A stretch of DNA of 64,000 nucleotides from Tepidisphaera sp. (GCA_050916045.1 CP051526.1:2400001-2464000); one strand, 5' to 3'; shown: positions 1 to 10,751, numbered from the stretch's first letter. The notes: generated from the letters alone by a model not told the origin. Translations and numbers: made by a program.

Positions 1-79
1 GCGACACCGTGGTGAACAGGTTCGGAACGATCTTCCGGAACGCGACATGCTGCTTGGAGTCCGCGTCGAGTGTGAACAT

Positions 80-904
80 TTACCCCTCCGCAAGCGGCGC
101 TTCCCCGCCCGCTTCTCCACGCGCCACCTGCGCCATCGAGTCACCCTCGACAACCGTGAGCCCCCGCGGCTCGATCGACCCGCCCGCCACCGGGCTCAGC
201 CGCGCGAACACCGTCTCCCCCGCCACGCTCTTGTCCCCCACCTTCACCAGCGGCTCCACACCCGGCGGCAGATACGTATCCACCCGCGACCCGAAACGGA
301 TCAGCCCGAACCGCTCGCCGCGACGAAGCGTCGCCCCCTCCTCGATCCGGCACACGATCCGCCGCGCGATCAGCCCCGCGATCTGCACGAACACAAGCGG
401 CCGCCCGTCCGCCAGCATCATCGCGTACGAACACCGCTCGTTGAACTCGCTCGCTTTGTCAAACGAAGCGTTGAAGAACTTCCCCGGCCGGTACGCGATC
501 CGCACGACCTTGCCCGCTTCGGGCGCCCGGTTCACGTGCACGTTGAACACGTTCATGAACACGCTCACCCGCGTCATCCCGCTCGCCACCGACGAATCGA
601 TCCCAAGCTCTTCCGGCGGCGCGACCTTCACCACCCCGCAGATCACCCCGTCCGCCGGGCTGATCACCGCGTTCGGCGCCGCGGGGATCGCCCGCGCCGG
701 ATCCCGAAAGAACCAGAACGACCAGCACGCCACCAGGATCAGCGGAACCGCCACGATCGCGCCAAGAACCCCGGCGAAGTAGAACGCCGCCGCCGAAAGC
801 ACCGCCGCCACCGCGAAAAACCACGCCACAATCGGCATCCCCTCCCGCGCAATGATCGGGGCCGGGTCGTCAGGAAGCGTCGCTCGGTTCGTGTCCGGAT
901 TCAC
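80..904 (-). CDS. psd: phosphatidylserine decarboxylase proenzyme
   Basis: N-terminal TM helices, [35 protein letters not shown] and the [10 protein letters not shown] cleavage motif. Confidence 0.9.
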   Translation of the reverse strand: MNPDTNRATLPDDPAPIIAREGMPIVAWFFAVAAVLSAAAFYFAGVLGAIVAVPLILVACWSFWFFRDPARAIPAAPNAVISPADGVICGVVKVAPPEELGIDSSVASGMTRVSVFMNVFNVHVNRAPEAGKVVRIAYRPGKFFNASFDKASEFNERCSYAMMLADGRPLVFVQIAGLIARRIVCRIEEGATLRRGERFGLIRFGSRVDTYLPPGVEPLVKVGDKSVAGETVFARLSPVAGGSIEPRGLTVVEGDSMAQVARGEAGGEAPLAEG

Positions 905-925
905 GCCCAGATCATACCCGAATCG

Positions 926-965
926 AAAAACAAAGGCGGCCCCGCCCGCTCGGACGGCGCCGCCT
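926..965 (-). terminator. putative intrinsic terminator after the LuxR-type gene
   Basis: minus strand reads AGGCGGCGCCGTCCGAGCGGGCGGGGCCGCCT then TTGTTTTT. Confidence 0.5.
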
Positions 966-991
966 GATTTTCACACATTCCCGCGCTCCGC

Positions 992-1837
992 TCACCGCTC
1001 GTCGGGCGTGTTCGCCGACGAAGCACGGTGCGCATCGCGGATCCGAGTCGCCCGCGAGACATACCCCAAAGCCCGCGCGATCAGCTCGCCACGCGAAGAC
1101 GCGTTCAGCTTGCGGTGCAGGCTCTTCACATGGTCGTGCACCGTGTGCGGGCTGCGGCCAAGCTCATCCGCGATCTGCCGCACGCTCTTCCCAAGCACCA
1201 GGTGATTCAAAACCAGCTGCTCGCGATCCGAAATCGTCGAGTTCGCGTCCACCGACTCGCCAAACGCCGTCCGCGCACGCTGCACCATCACCGGGAAGAT
1301 CGCCCGAAGCGATGCCACCGCCGAGCCATCCAGCGCCGGAGCGCCCGCCGCCGGAGCCATCACCACCACGATCGCCCGGTTGTTCGAAGCGTTCAGCGAC
1401 GCCGAACCCACGAACGGCTGGCCGATCCGGCTCCCGCCAAGCGCCTGCACCAGCGGAAGCGAAGCCCACTGCTCCGACTTCGCCACCGTCGAGATCAATC
1501 CCGACGCCGGCGTCGCCGTCGCCGCTTCCCATCCAAGCGACGTCAGCCGCTCCAGGGCGTGGTTCGCTTCGCTGATCAGCACCAGCGGCGGCGTCGGCCG
1601 GTCCGGATCGATCGGGCTGATCAGCCGAATGCTCTGCGACTCGATCCGCCGAACCGCACCGCTCGGCGAAAGTTCGACCGCAAAGACCGAGATAAGCCCG
1701 CGAAAACCGGGCACCGTCGTCCCCACCGCTTCCGCCGCGCGATCACACCAATCCATGGTGGCAATCGCCGGTAATGCGACCAGGTCCGCCGTCCGCGCCG
1801 CGACTCGGCTCAAAAGTTCATCAAGAGGTTGGCTCAT
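992..1837 (-). CDS. LuxR-family C-terminal HTH regulator with unrecognised N-terminal domain
   Basis: ISDREQLVLNHLVLGKSVRQIADELGRSPHTVHDHVKSLHRKLNASSRGEL; start uncertain (ORF extends to 1930). Confidence 0.8.
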   Translation of the reverse strand: MSQPLDELLSRVAARTADLVALPAIATMDWCDRAAEAVGTTVPGFRGLISVFAVELSPSGAVRRIESQSIRLISPIDPDRPTPPLVLISEANHALERLTSLGWEAATATPASGLISTVAKSEQWASLPLVQALGGSRIGQPFVGSASLNASNNRAIVVVMAPAAGAPALDGSAVASLRAIFPVMVQRARTAFGESVDANSTISDREQLVLNHLVLGKSVRQIADELGRSPHTVHDHVKSLHRKLNASSRGELIARALGYVSRATRIRDAHRASSANTPDER

Positions 1838-2380
1838 GTTCGGGTCTCCAAAAGGTCCGACAACCGTCGACGAAAACACACCCGACGGCACCCGGACGAC
1901 ATCCCCTCCAAGGGACTCTGGGCGATCCACGATTTCACATTATCTGGTCCAACAGGAAATTCGTCAAACCCTGTCCATCCGCCATGCTCGGGCCACTCCC
2001 GCGAAAGAGTGGCACCGCGCACGTTCCTCCACCCCCAAATTCGAGACAAACCAAGGAGACGACGCAGACTGTCCATCATAGCAGGGATGCTCCTCGGTGT
2101 TGGACCAAATCTCCGTCATTCCAAATATAGGGGATCTCCACCTGGTGCGTACCTATATCGGCATGCAAATCCTCCATTCAAGGCCAAGGCTCCTCCCGGA
2201 ACTCCCAAAACGCGTCCGCCTGTACCGAGAATCCGAGATATGAGGAAAAATCCGTCTTTGGGTGGACAATCGCGCATTTTTGATGCACATTGTCGGCAGT
2301 AGAGTGTTCGGCTAAGGGCCGGGCTTTGTCATTTCATTCACGTTCGGACGAGTGGTGTTGTCCGGCATGGGTCAAAGTGC

Positions 2381-3022
2381 ATGGGAGCGCTTTCACGCCA
2401 TCCAGATTCACCACTCGTTGTTGCTGACTGGCAACCCGATGTGGCCCAGCTTCTGGATGAAAATCACCTTATCGCGTATTCCGAGAGGCCAGGACGGCGT
2501 CTCGCTTTCGCGGCCTCGATGTCGCAGTTCCTCGGTGGGCTGCGTGACGCGGAGGTCTGCCCCTTCTACGGGCGGTACATCTCCGACCTCGAGTCTTTCT
2601 GCCACCAACTCGAGCGGACCATCGCCGGGCCCACCCTGAAACGTCGTGTGGACGGGATCGACGGCGTCGCCGCGCTCCTCCGGTACCGCACGAGCGTCCT
2701 GGGCCGCCGGGCCGCCCGCTTCCGCTACTACGTCTGGCATGACGCGGACATCCTCCTTCGTGCGGACCGCCAGCTCTTCGGTCGCCTTGTCGACGCCATC
2801 GCCGGCGTCGCCGCCGAAGCCGAGTACGTCAGCGACGACCTCCTCCTGATCCACCGCGCCATCTACGTCGGCGGCAAGGATCTCGTCGACTACTTCGAGG
2901 ATGAGGAAGGCCAGTTCAAGTCATGGTGGAACGACGGTTTCGGTGAGCCCTTCTGGCAGGTCGTCACCGGCATCGACGCTCCATCCTGCGTCACGTGCGA
3001 CATCGATCCGCTTGATCAGTGA
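2381..3022 (+). CDS. hypothetical protein, possibly barstar-like
   Basis: host-like codon usage; GRYISDLESFCHQL and VWHDADILL resemble barstar-family motifs. Confidence 0.55.
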   Translation: MGALSRHPDSPLVVADWQPDVAQLLDENHLIAYSERPGRRLAFAASMSQFLGGLRDAEVCPFYGRYISDLESFCHQLERTIAGPTLKRRVDGIDGVAALLRYRTSVLGRRAARFRYYVWHDADILLRADRQLFGRLVDAIAGVAAEAEYVSDDLLLIHRAIYVGGKDLVDYFEDEEGQFKSWWNDGFGEPFWQVVTGIDAPSCVTCDIDPLDQ

Positions 3023-3142
3023 TCCCCGCGTTCACCGCGCAGGGATCTGTCCCACCGATCAAGCGACAAGCGAGAGAGAAGAGAGGGTTGGCCAGGCTTC
3101 AAGTCGGCCGCCCTCCTTCTCGTTTTTGGGGACCCACAAGCC

Positions 3143-3865
3143 TCACTTGGAAGGGACCGGCGTGAGCAAGATGTTCCGCCAACGCACCTCCATCGGCGTC
3201 TCGTTCTTCCCGACATCGTGCACCTGCAGCGCGATGAACCCCTCCGCCGTCCGCCCGTCCTTGAACTCCGTGACCGTCGGCACGTCGTTGATCCAGATCG
3301 AGATCGTGTCGCCGATGGCCCGGATCTTCATCGCGTTCCATTCGTTCTGTTTGAACGCTTTCCGCCCCGCCGCGTTCCCCTCAAGCTTCGCAAGCCAGCC
3401 CCGCCGCCCCTCGTCATACAGCCCGCCCGTCCACGCCCGCTCGCTCGGGTCAATCTCCGCTTGGTACCCGTGCACGCGCCCGTTCTGATACTCCGCCGTG
3501 CTCAAGCTCCGAAACTGCACGCCGCTGTTGACCCGCGGATCGACCTTGAAATCAAGCGTGAGCTCAAAGTCCCCGTACGTCTTCTCCGTACACAAGAATG
3601 AATTCGGCGTGTGCGGCACCGTCGTCCCGACGATCGCCCCATCCTCCACGCGGTAGGTCGCTTTCCCGCCGCGCTGAACCCACCCCGCAAGCGAGACCCC
3701 ATCGAAGAGCTTCACCACGTTGCTCTCGGGCTGAACGGGGGTCGGCAGAGCCGCGTCATCGCGCTGAACACGCTCGCCGCCGCGGCACGCGGCCATCAAC
3801 GCGACCCCCATCGCCCCGACGAACATCCCCAACCTCACCGCCGACTTCAGCACGTTCTTCTTCAT
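3143..3865 (-). CDS. DUF1080 (3-keto-disaccharide hydrolase-like) lipoprotein
   Basis: lipobox MAAC; LFDGVSLAGW, YGDFELTLDFK, NSGVQFRS, GYQAEID, GFIALQVH. Confidence 0.85.
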   Translation of the reverse strand: MKKNVLKSAVRLGMFVGAMGVALMAACRGGERVQRDDAALPTPVQPESNVVKLFDGVSLAGWVQRGGKATYRVEDGAIVGTTVPHTPNSFLCTEKTYGDFELTLDFKVDPRVNSGVQFRSLSTAEYQNGRVHGYQAEIDPSERAWTGGLYDEGRRGWLAKLEGNAAGRKAFKQNEWNAMKIRAIGDTISIWINDVPTVTEFKDGRTAEGFIALQVHDVGKNETPMEVRWRNILLTPVPSK

Positions 3866-6378
3866 GGCTTCTCCTCAGGCAAAGAGTCAATATCCCCCAC
3901 CGTCCACGCCCGTCCCCTCCCCGCCGTCTTCATCCGCACCCGAAGCACCTCCGACCCGAGCACCGGCGCCGCCGCGTTCCCCCACGACCGCCGCACATAC
4001 GTCAGCGTGTCCGCGATCTCCGTATCCACAAGCGTCGCCGCCGCGGGCATCTGCCCGTTGTACACCACACCGTCACGCTCCATGCTCCCATCCATCCCGT
4101 GCAGCAGAATCCGGATCGCCCGTCCCGCATCCCCCGTCGCCCGCGGCGAACCCGCAAGCGGAGGCGTCTGCCCCGGCACGCCACGCCCCTCCGTCCCGTG
4201 ACACTGAGCACAGTTCCTCGCGAACACAGCCTTCCCCCGCTCAAACGACGCTTGCTGCTCCGCCGTCAGCGGCACGGGTTTGGTCCCGCGATCCACCGCC
4301 GGCCGCTCGGGCCAGTCAAACCACACCAGAGCCCGCGCCATCCGCTGATTCTTCTCCGCTCCCGCGACCCACGCTTTCGGCTCGCGAGCCAGCCGGATCG
4401 GCCGCGGCCGCGCGCTCCCGACCCCGATCACGCTCTCGACCCGCCCCATCACCGCTCGCTTGACATCCTCCGGCCATCCCTCGCTCGCGACCGCTTCAAC
4501 CAGCTCGGCCCGCTCCTCGCTCCGCACCCCGCGAAGCACCGACGACGCCAGTTCCGCCACGAGCGCTTCACGCTTCTTCGCATCGCCCTTGATCGCCTCG
4601 CGGATCGCTTCGACCTCCACACCCGCAAGCGAATTCACCACGCAAGACCGAAGCACCGCATCCTGCGGCTTCTCCGTCGCCCCTTTCACCAGCAAGCCCG
4701 GCCTCGCTTCCGGATCACCATCGGATCCCATCGCGAGCGCCGCATGCCAGACGACCCGCTGTTCGGGATCAGCGAGCAAAGCTCCCGCCAGATCCGCCCA
4801 CTCCCTCCGCCCCGCCATCATCCGCGCCGCATGCTCACGCACCGCCGCATCAGCGTCCTTCGCCGCCGCTTCCAGGTCTTCCCCCGTCACGACGCCCAAC
4901 CCTTCGAGCGTCCAGAGCGCCTGCACCCGCGTCACCGCCCGCACGCCGCTCCGAGCCTGCTTGCGGATCAGCTCCGCAACGCCCACGGCCCGCCGCTCGA
5001 CCAAAAGCCGCTGTGCCGTATCGCGGTACCACCCCCGCTCATCCCCCAGCAACTCCACCAATCGTTCATCCGTGGCTTTCGAGAGTTTGACGTTCCCGCC
5101 GTACATCGGCGCGACGTACTTCCCATCCATCGTCACCCGCCAGATCCGCCCCATCGCGACCGGCTGCTCAAGCCCGCGCTCCGCGATCTGTGCTTTCAGT
5201 TGCGGCGTCAGGTACGTCTTGTGCTGGATCACCCCGCGGTACATGTCCGCGATGTACAAAGCCCCGTCCGGCCCCATCGCCGTCGCCACCGGCCGGAACC
5301 GCTCATCCGTCGACGTCAGAAACTCCCGCTTGTCGTACGCGTTCTTCCCGCGCGGCTTGCCACCCGACTCCGTCAGATCCAACAGCCGCACCATGTTCCC
5401 CGCCGGCTCGCACACATACGCGAACCCCTTGGTCCCAAGCCCGCCCCCGCGATCGATCGTCGGTGAGCACGCCGCCGTGTGCGACCTCAGCGTCCCATCC
5501 TCTCTCAGCACGCCCACCTGGTACCCGCGGTTCACCCCCGGCGTCGCTCGCGCTGGCCACACCGTCTGCTCACCCATCACCCCTTCGTTCACACCCGTCA
5601 AGCCACCATTCGCCGACCACCGCGCTGCGAACCACTTCGGCACCGCATCCACCCGCAATGCATCCGAGTTCGGCGTGTAGTAAAGCCGACCCAGGTCATC
5701 CATCGTGATCCCCCACTGCCCGTGCGACGGCGCCGCCCGAGTCACCGCCCGCTCACCATCAAACTTGAACGCGATGTTGTGCTGCGAGAACTCGATCCAG
5801 TTGTCCATCCCGTACAGCAAGCCGTTGGGCGCGTGCTCCGGATTGTCCAGGCCCGCGATCCCCCCGAGCACCGGCTTTCGCTCATCCGCTCGCCCATCGC
5901 CGTCCGTGTCCACCGCGAAATAGACCGACGGCGGCTCGATCACCAGCGCCGAAAGCCGCCCACCCGTCTGAAAGCACGGCATCACCCCGCGCGGCAGCTT
6001 CAGCCCATCCAGAAACACCCGCTTGGTCTCAAACGTCCCGTCCCCGTCGAGATCCTCAAGCACCGAGATCCGGTTCACCGGCTCCTGCTCCCCGCTCGCC
6101 GCCATGTCCCGCATGTACGACGGCATCTCAACCACCCAAAGCCGTCCATCCTCATCAAACCGGATCGCTACCGGCGCCGTCACGTCCGGCTCCGCCGCCG
6201 CCAGTTCAAGCCGATACGCCGGATCCGCGAACGCGAAAAGCCGCTCCGCCGCCTGCGGCGAGTACGCCGGGGCGCTCTCCCCCCGGTGTGCCGCTTCCCG
6301 CGGCTTCGAAAGCACCGCCGCCACGCCCGCCATCACGGCCAACATCCCGATCGCACGCATCCGTGATCGCTCGCTCAT
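3862..6378 (-). CDS. PVC-type membrane-bound dehydrogenase-like protein with propeller, HEAT repeats and C-terminal cytochrome c
   Basis: AAEPDVTAPVAIRFDEDGRLWVVEM, FRPVATAMGPDGALYIADMYRG, HEAT-like helices, CAQCH; the 7266 start in the ORF track overlaps the next gene and was shortened. Confidence 0.85.
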   Translation of the reverse strand: MSERSRMRAIGMLAVMAGVAAVLSKPREAAHRGESAPAYSPQAAERLFAFADPAYRLELAAAEPDVTAPVAIRFDEDGRLWVVEMPSYMRDMAASGEQEPVNRISVLEDLDGDGTFETKRVFLDGLKLPRGVMPCFQTGGRLSALVIEPPSVYFAVDTDGDGRADERKPVLGGIAGLDNPEHAPNGLLYGMDNWIEFSQHNIAFKFDGERAVTRAAPSHGQWGITMDDLGRLYYTPNSDALRVDAVPKWFAARWSANGGLTGVNEGVMGEQTVWPARATPGVNRGYQVGVLREDGTLRSHTAACSPTIDRGGGLGTKGFAYVCEPAGNMVRLLDLTESGGKPRGKNAYDKREFLTSTDERFRPVATAMGPDGALYIADMYRGVIQHKTYLTPQLKAQIAERGLEQPVAMGRIWRVTMDGKYVAPMYGGNVKLSKATDERLVELLGDERGWYRDTAQRLLVERRAVGVAELIRKQARSGVRAVTRVQALWTLEGLGVVTGEDLEAAAKDADAAVREHAARMMAGRREWADLAGALLADPEQRVVWHAALAMGSDGDPEARPGLLVKGATEKPQDAVLRSCVVNSLAGVEVEAIREAIKGDAKKREALVAELASSVLRGVRSEERAELVEAVASEGWPEDVKRAVMGRVESVIGVGSARPRPIRLAREPKAWVAGAEKNQRMARALVWFDWPERPAVDRGTKPVPLTAEQQASFERGKAVFARNCAQCHGTEGRGVPGQTPPLAGSPRATGDAGRAIRILLHGMDGSMERDGVVYNGQMPAAATLVDTEIADTLTYVRRSWGNAAAPVLGSEVLRVRMKTAGRGRAWTVGDIDSLPEEKP

Positions 6379-6435
6379 GCTCCGATGATACACGAACCCG
6401 TGAACACATCCTCCTGCAACTGTTACACTGCCGCG

Positions 6436-7488
6436 ATGCTCACGCGCCTGCTCCTGCTCCTGCCGCTCCTCCTCCTCACCGCCTGCTCGACGACGACCCG
6501 CACCCCCTCCAGCCCCTCGGGCACGCTCATCTTGATCGGCGGCGGCCTCGAACGCGACAACGAGCCCGTCTACCGCCGCATGCTCGAACTCGCCAAGCAC
6601 CCGGCCACAGGCACGCCCCGCATCCTCATCGCCACCGCCGCAAGCCTCGAGGAGAAAGCCGCCGCGGAGAACGCCACAGCCGCGTTCCGCCGCTACGACC
6701 CCGCCGCCACGATCGCCGCCATCTCGCGCGACACCCCGACCGCCGACGCCGTCGCCGCCATCAACACCGCTCAACTCGTCCTCTTCACCGGCGGCGACCA
6801 GAAACGCATCATCGACCTCTACCGCCCCGCCGGCATCGACAAACCCGAAGCCAACGCTCTCCGCTCCCTCCTCGCCCGAAGCGGCACCATCGCCGGCACC
6901 TCCGCCGGCCTGGCCATGATGTCCGACCCGATGTTTCTGACCGGCTCGAGCGACGACGCTCTCGAAAACGGCCCCAAGATCGGCCCCGGCATGGGCTTTA
7001 TCCCGCACATCATCACCGATTCGCACTTCGTCGAGCGGGCACGCTTGGGCCGCCTCTACACGGCTCTGATCGCGTCCAACCGAGCGGTCGGCGTTGGCGT
7101 TGCCGAGAACGCGGCTTCCGAGTTCGACATCGGATCGGGCTTGCTCACCGCCCTCACGAAAGCCCCCACCGTGATCGTCGACGCCGCGGGCGCGAAACGC
7201 GAGGGTGGCACGATCACCAATCTGCTCGCCAAACCGCTGACCGCCGGAGAGTCCATCCAGTTGCACGACCTCACATCCAAAGCCGCACGCTTGGTGTACG
7301 ACGGTGTAGGGATCAACGGCACTGCGCCGATGCAGAGCATCGCCTCAACCGGGCCCAACAAGCGTCACACCTTCTCCGGCGTTCCTGTCGCCGATGGATG
7401 GACCCAGATCGAGATCCGCATCAACGAAGCCCCCAAAGCCCCCGCGCTCCCACCCCTCAACGACGAAAAGCCCGCACCCGCCCGCTGA
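6436..7488 (+). CDS. cyanophycinase-like S51 peptidase, lipoprotein
   Basis: lipobox LTAC; LILIGGG, FTGGDQ, GTSAG (Ser), DSHFVERARLGRL (His), GVAEN (Glu). Confidence 0.8.
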   Translation: MLTRLLLLLPLLLLTACSTTTRTPSSPSGTLILIGGGLERDNEPVYRRMLELAKHPATGTPRILIATAASLEEKAAAENATAAFRRYDPAATIAAISRDTPTADAVAAINTAQLVLFTGGDQKRIIDLYRPAGIDKPEANALRSLLARSGTIAGTSAGLAMMSDPMFLTGSSDDALENGPKIGPGMGFIPHIITDSHFVERARLGRLYTALIASNRAVGVGVAENAASEFDIGSGLLTALTKAPTVIVDAAGAKREGGTITNLLAKPLTAGESIQLHDLTSKAARLVYDGVGINGTAPMQSIASTGPNKRHTFSGVPVADGWTQIEIRINEAPKAPALPPLNDEKPAPAR

Positions 7489-7489
7489 C

Positions 7490-8440
7490 TTACTCCGCCC
7501 CCGCCGGCTGCGGCCCCACATACACCACGAAGTCCGCCCGTCCCAGATCCTCGTCGCGAAGCTTCTCGCTCCACGCATCCACGAAGCTCACCGTCACGAT
7601 CCGCGTCCCGGGACGCATCGCCCGCGCCGCAAGCACCGTCCCGCCCTCCTTGTCGATGTGGAACCGACCGATCACGAGAAGCGTCGGCGTCCGCCCGCTC
7701 GACAGTGCCCTCACGACCGACTCCGCCATCGTCCAGTCCCACGTCGACTGGCTCCGGAACATCGCTTCCGTCCGCTTGCGGCGCGCTTCCGCATCCGCGG
7801 CCGACTCCGGCGCACGCGTCGCGACCGCTCCGTTCATGAACTCATCGAAAGCCTCCTGATACGGCCCCGTCGGCAGCGCATCGGGAACACGCACCAGCCG
7901 CGCCTGCTCCGGCGTCAAGCCGCGAAGCCGGTCAAAGCCCTCCGTCCGCGCCAGCCGCACATACCGCCGCGGCGCGTTCGCCGCGATCACCGGCCGGCCG
8001 CGTCCCTTCGCATCCTCGACCATCTTCCGATGCCCCGCCGGGTAGTTGCTCGCCGTGCGGTTCGTCGCTTTCCGGAACGCTTCCTCGGTCGTGATCCCCG
8101 CGAGGTAATCATCAAGGCCGGTCTGCTCATCGCGCTCGAAGAACTCCATCGCGAGCGCCGAGCTGTCCTCCTGGGCCAAGACCGACCAAAGCTCCGCCGC
8201 CGTCTGCAAGCCCAGCGGATGCCCGTGATTCTCGCCGACCAGCACCGCTTCCGCCACGCGCCCGGCGTTCACGACATCCGACAGGTCCGCTTTCGTCCCA
8301 TCGCCGCGAAAGAACACCGGCGACCGCACCTCGGCCGTCTCCGCCGTCGCGCCGGCTTTCGCCGGGCCCGACGAACACCCGCCAAGCGTCCCGATCGCCG
8401 CCAATGCCGCCGCTGCAACCATCATCGTGAAGGTCTTCAT
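7490..8440 (-). CDS. ChaN-family (haem-uptake/Tiki superfamily) lipoprotein
   Basis: lipobox LGGC; VLVGENH, LAMEFFERDEQ, PVIAANAPR, DWTMAESV, GRFH. Confidence 0.8.
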   Translation of the reverse strand: MKTFTMMVAAAALAAIGTLGGCSSGPAKAGATAETAEVRSPVFFRGDGTKADLSDVVNAGRVAEAVLVGENHGHPLGLQTAAELWSVLAQEDSSALAMEFFERDEQTGLDDYLAGITTEEAFRKATNRTASNYPAGHRKMVEDAKGRGRPVIAANAPRRYVRLARTEGFDRLRGLTPEQARLVRVPDALPTGPYQEAFDEFMNGAVATRAPESAADAEARRKRTEAMFRSQSTWDWTMAESVVRALSSGRTPTLLVIGRFHIDKEGGTVLAARAMRPGTRIVTVSFVDAWSEKLRDEDLGRADFVVYVGPQPAGAE

Positions 8441-8449
8441 GCCGACAGT

Positions 8450-9280
8450 CTATCGCGCCGGCTCGACCTCAAGCTCGCTCGGGAGCCGGAACCGCTCCAC
8501 CCGCTTCAATACCTCCGCATCCACCCCGCTCTCGACAAGCCACCGCTCGCTCTCCTCCCGCGCCCGACGAGAAGCGAACCACTCCACGCCCGGCACCAGC
8601 AAGGTCCAGCCCGAAAGCGAACGCCCCCACGTGAACCTGAACTGCGTCCCATCCGGCGTCAGCTCGATCTTCCCAGCCGCCTGCAGTTCCCGAACCCATT
8701 TGTCATGGATCTCGTTCAACCGCCGGATCGATGGCGGGTCCGCCGGCTTCGCCCCGCCAAACCGCGGCAGCAGCCGCCGCAGCACGTCCGCAAGCACCGC
8801 CGGATCACGAATCCGCTCGTAACGCAGCACCTTCGACTCCTGCGTGCTCTGATCCCTGGACCCCTGCATACTCGTGCACGAAACGCTCCCGCCACGAGCC
8901 ACCTTCGCGGCGATCTCAAACGAATGGCTCAGAACCTCTCGCCCCATCGCGGAGAACCCGAGCACCACGCCGAACGCCGTCATCGTCGGGTCCGTCTTCG
9001 AGCGGCACTCCACCAGCGTGTACACCATTCCCTTGACCATCGTGATGCTGCCGTTTCGAGCCCGATGCACCGGCTCGAACCCCGCCGCTTGCAAAGCCTT
9101 CACGACTTCATCGAAACGGCGACGCTGCTTCGCGTTCAGTCGCGACAGATCATCCTCCACCCAGTCGCTCTTCGCAGGCTGCCACTTCCGCAACATCCTG
9201 ACGACGTACGCGAACTTGATCAGCCGGAACGCCAGCAGAACACCGCCGAAAATCGCAAGGGGGATGTACAGTCCGGTCAC
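8450..9280 (-). CDS. hypothetical membrane-anchored protein
   Basis: N-terminal TM; fills the gap between co-oriented genes with 9 and 19 bp spacers. Confidence 0.55.
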   Translation of the reverse strand: MTGLYIPLAIFGGVLLAFRLIKFAYVVRMLRKWQPAKSDWVEDDLSRLNAKQRRRFDEVVKALQAAGFEPVHRARNGSITMVKGMVYTLVECRSKTDPTMTAFGVVLGFSAMGREVLSHSFEIAAKVARGGSVSCTSMQGSRDQSTQESKVLRYERIRDPAVLADVLRRLLPRFGGAKPADPPSIRRLNEIHDKWVRELQAAGKIELTPDGTQFRFTWGRSLSGWTLLVPGVEWFASRRAREESERWLVESGVDAEVLKRVERFRLPSELEVEPAR

Positions 9281-9299
9281 GCCGCGCTCCGCCTCGCCG

Positions 9300-10751
9300 C
9301 TACCCGCCCAGAAGCTCTCCGATCAGCGCCGTGTGGCTCTTCTTCCCCATCTCAAAGCACTCAAGCTCGAACTTCTCGTTGGGGCTGTGCACCCGATCAT
9401 CATCCAAGCCAAAGCCCATGAAGATCGTGTCGATCCCGAGTTTGTCCTTCAGCATCCCCGCCACCGGGATCGACCCGCCGCTCTTGATCAGCGCCGGCGA
9501 CTTCCCTGTCGCTTTCTTGATCGCCGCGCTCGCCGCACGCATCGTCGGGCTGTCGATCGGCGTCGTGACGCCGAACCCGCCGTGATGGTCGTTCAGCTCC
9601 CAACGGCATCCCGGCGGCGTGTGGTCCTTGCACCACTTGAAGAACTGCTTGGTGATCTTCTTCGGGTCCTGGTTCGCGACCAAGCGGAACGACACCTTCG
9701 CCGAAGCGCTCGCCGCGATCACGGTCTTCGCGCCCTTGCCCGTGTACCCGCCCCAGATCCCGTTGATCTCCGCCGTCGGCCGGCCCCACTCGCGCTCCAT
9801 CGCGGTAAACCCAGCTTCGCCGATGTCCGCCGCCGGCGGAAGCCCGATCTTCTTGAGCGCCGCTTTGCTGTTGAACTTCAGAGCCTTCCAGTTCGCCCGC
9901 TCCTGCTTGGAGATCGGCACCACCGCGTCATAAAACCCGGGGATCGTGATCCGCCGCTTCTTGTCGTGAAGCTGCGCGAGCACCCGCGTCAATTCCGTGA
10001 TCGGGTTCGGGCACCGCCCGCCCCAGAGCCCGCTGTGCAGATCCTGATTCGCCGCGTGAAGCGTCACTTCCGTGTAGGCCAGCCCGCGCACCCCGTACGT
10101 GATCGCCGGCTTCCCGCGCCCCAGCATCCCCGTGTCCGAAATCAGGCACACATCCGTCTTCTCAAGGTCCTTCTTCCGCGACTGCACAAACGCCCCGAGA
10201 TTGACGCTGCCCGTTTCCTCCTCGCCCTCAAGCACCACCGTGAACTTCACCCCGCCCGCGGGCTTGCCCGTCACCGCCTGCCACGCCCGCAAAGCCTCGA
10301 TGAACATCATCACCTGGCCCTTGTCATCCACCGCCCCGCGAGCCACGATCCGCTTGCCGCCCTCTTCGCCCTTCCGCGCATCGCGAATCACCGGCTTGAA
10401 CGGGTCCGACTCCCACAGATCCAGCGGATCGCAAGGCTGCACGTCATAGTGCCCGTAGAAAAGCACGTGCGGCCCCTTGTACGACGGGTCCCCGTCGCAG
10501 TGCGCCAGCACGATCGGATGCCCGCCCCCCTTCGACAAGTCCCCCGGATGAGCCGGATCCCCCGTCGGACAAATCTCAACCGAAAGCCCGCACTCCCGAA
10601 GCTGCCCCGCCGCCCAGTCCGCGGCTTTCTGGCAATGCGCCCCATACGCCGGATCCGTCGAAATGCTCGGAATCTTCAGCCACTCCACCAGCCGCTCCAC
10701 CGTCTCGCCCTGATGCTGCTGCTGCCACTCCATCGCCGCTTTCAAACTCAT
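9300..10751 (-). CDS. M20 family dipeptidase
   Basis: YGHYDVQP, ARGAVDDKGQ, EGEEETGS, DLHSG, GGSIP, HSPNE. Confidence 0.9.
   Translation of the reverse strand: MSLKAAMEWQQQHQGETVERLVEWLKIPSISTDPAYGAHCQKAADWAAGQLRECGLSVEICPTGDPAHPGDLSKGGGHPIVLAHCDGDPSYKGPHVLFYGHYDVQPCDPLDLWESDPFKPVIRDARKGEEGGKRIVARGAVDDKGQVMMFIEALRAWQAVTGKPAGGVKFTVVLEGEEETGSVNLGAFVQSRKKDLEKTDVCLISDTGMLGRGKPAITYGVRGLAYTEVTLHAANQDLHSGLWGGRCPNPITELTRVLAQLHDKKRRITIPGFYDAVVPISKQERANWKALKFNSKAALKKIGLPPAADIGEAGFTAMEREWGRPTAEINGIWGGYTGKGAKTVIAASASAKVSFRLVANQDPKKITKQFFKWCKDHTPPGCRWELNDHHGGFGVTTPIDSPTMRAASAAIKKATGKSPALIKSGGSIPVAGMLKDKLGIDTIFMGFGLDDDRVHSPNEKFELECFEMGKKSHTALIGELLGG

Noticed and set aside
6379..7266. N-terminal extension of the PVC haem protein in the ORF track
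   Set aside because: It is antisense to the cyanophycinase; a signal-like start exists at 6378
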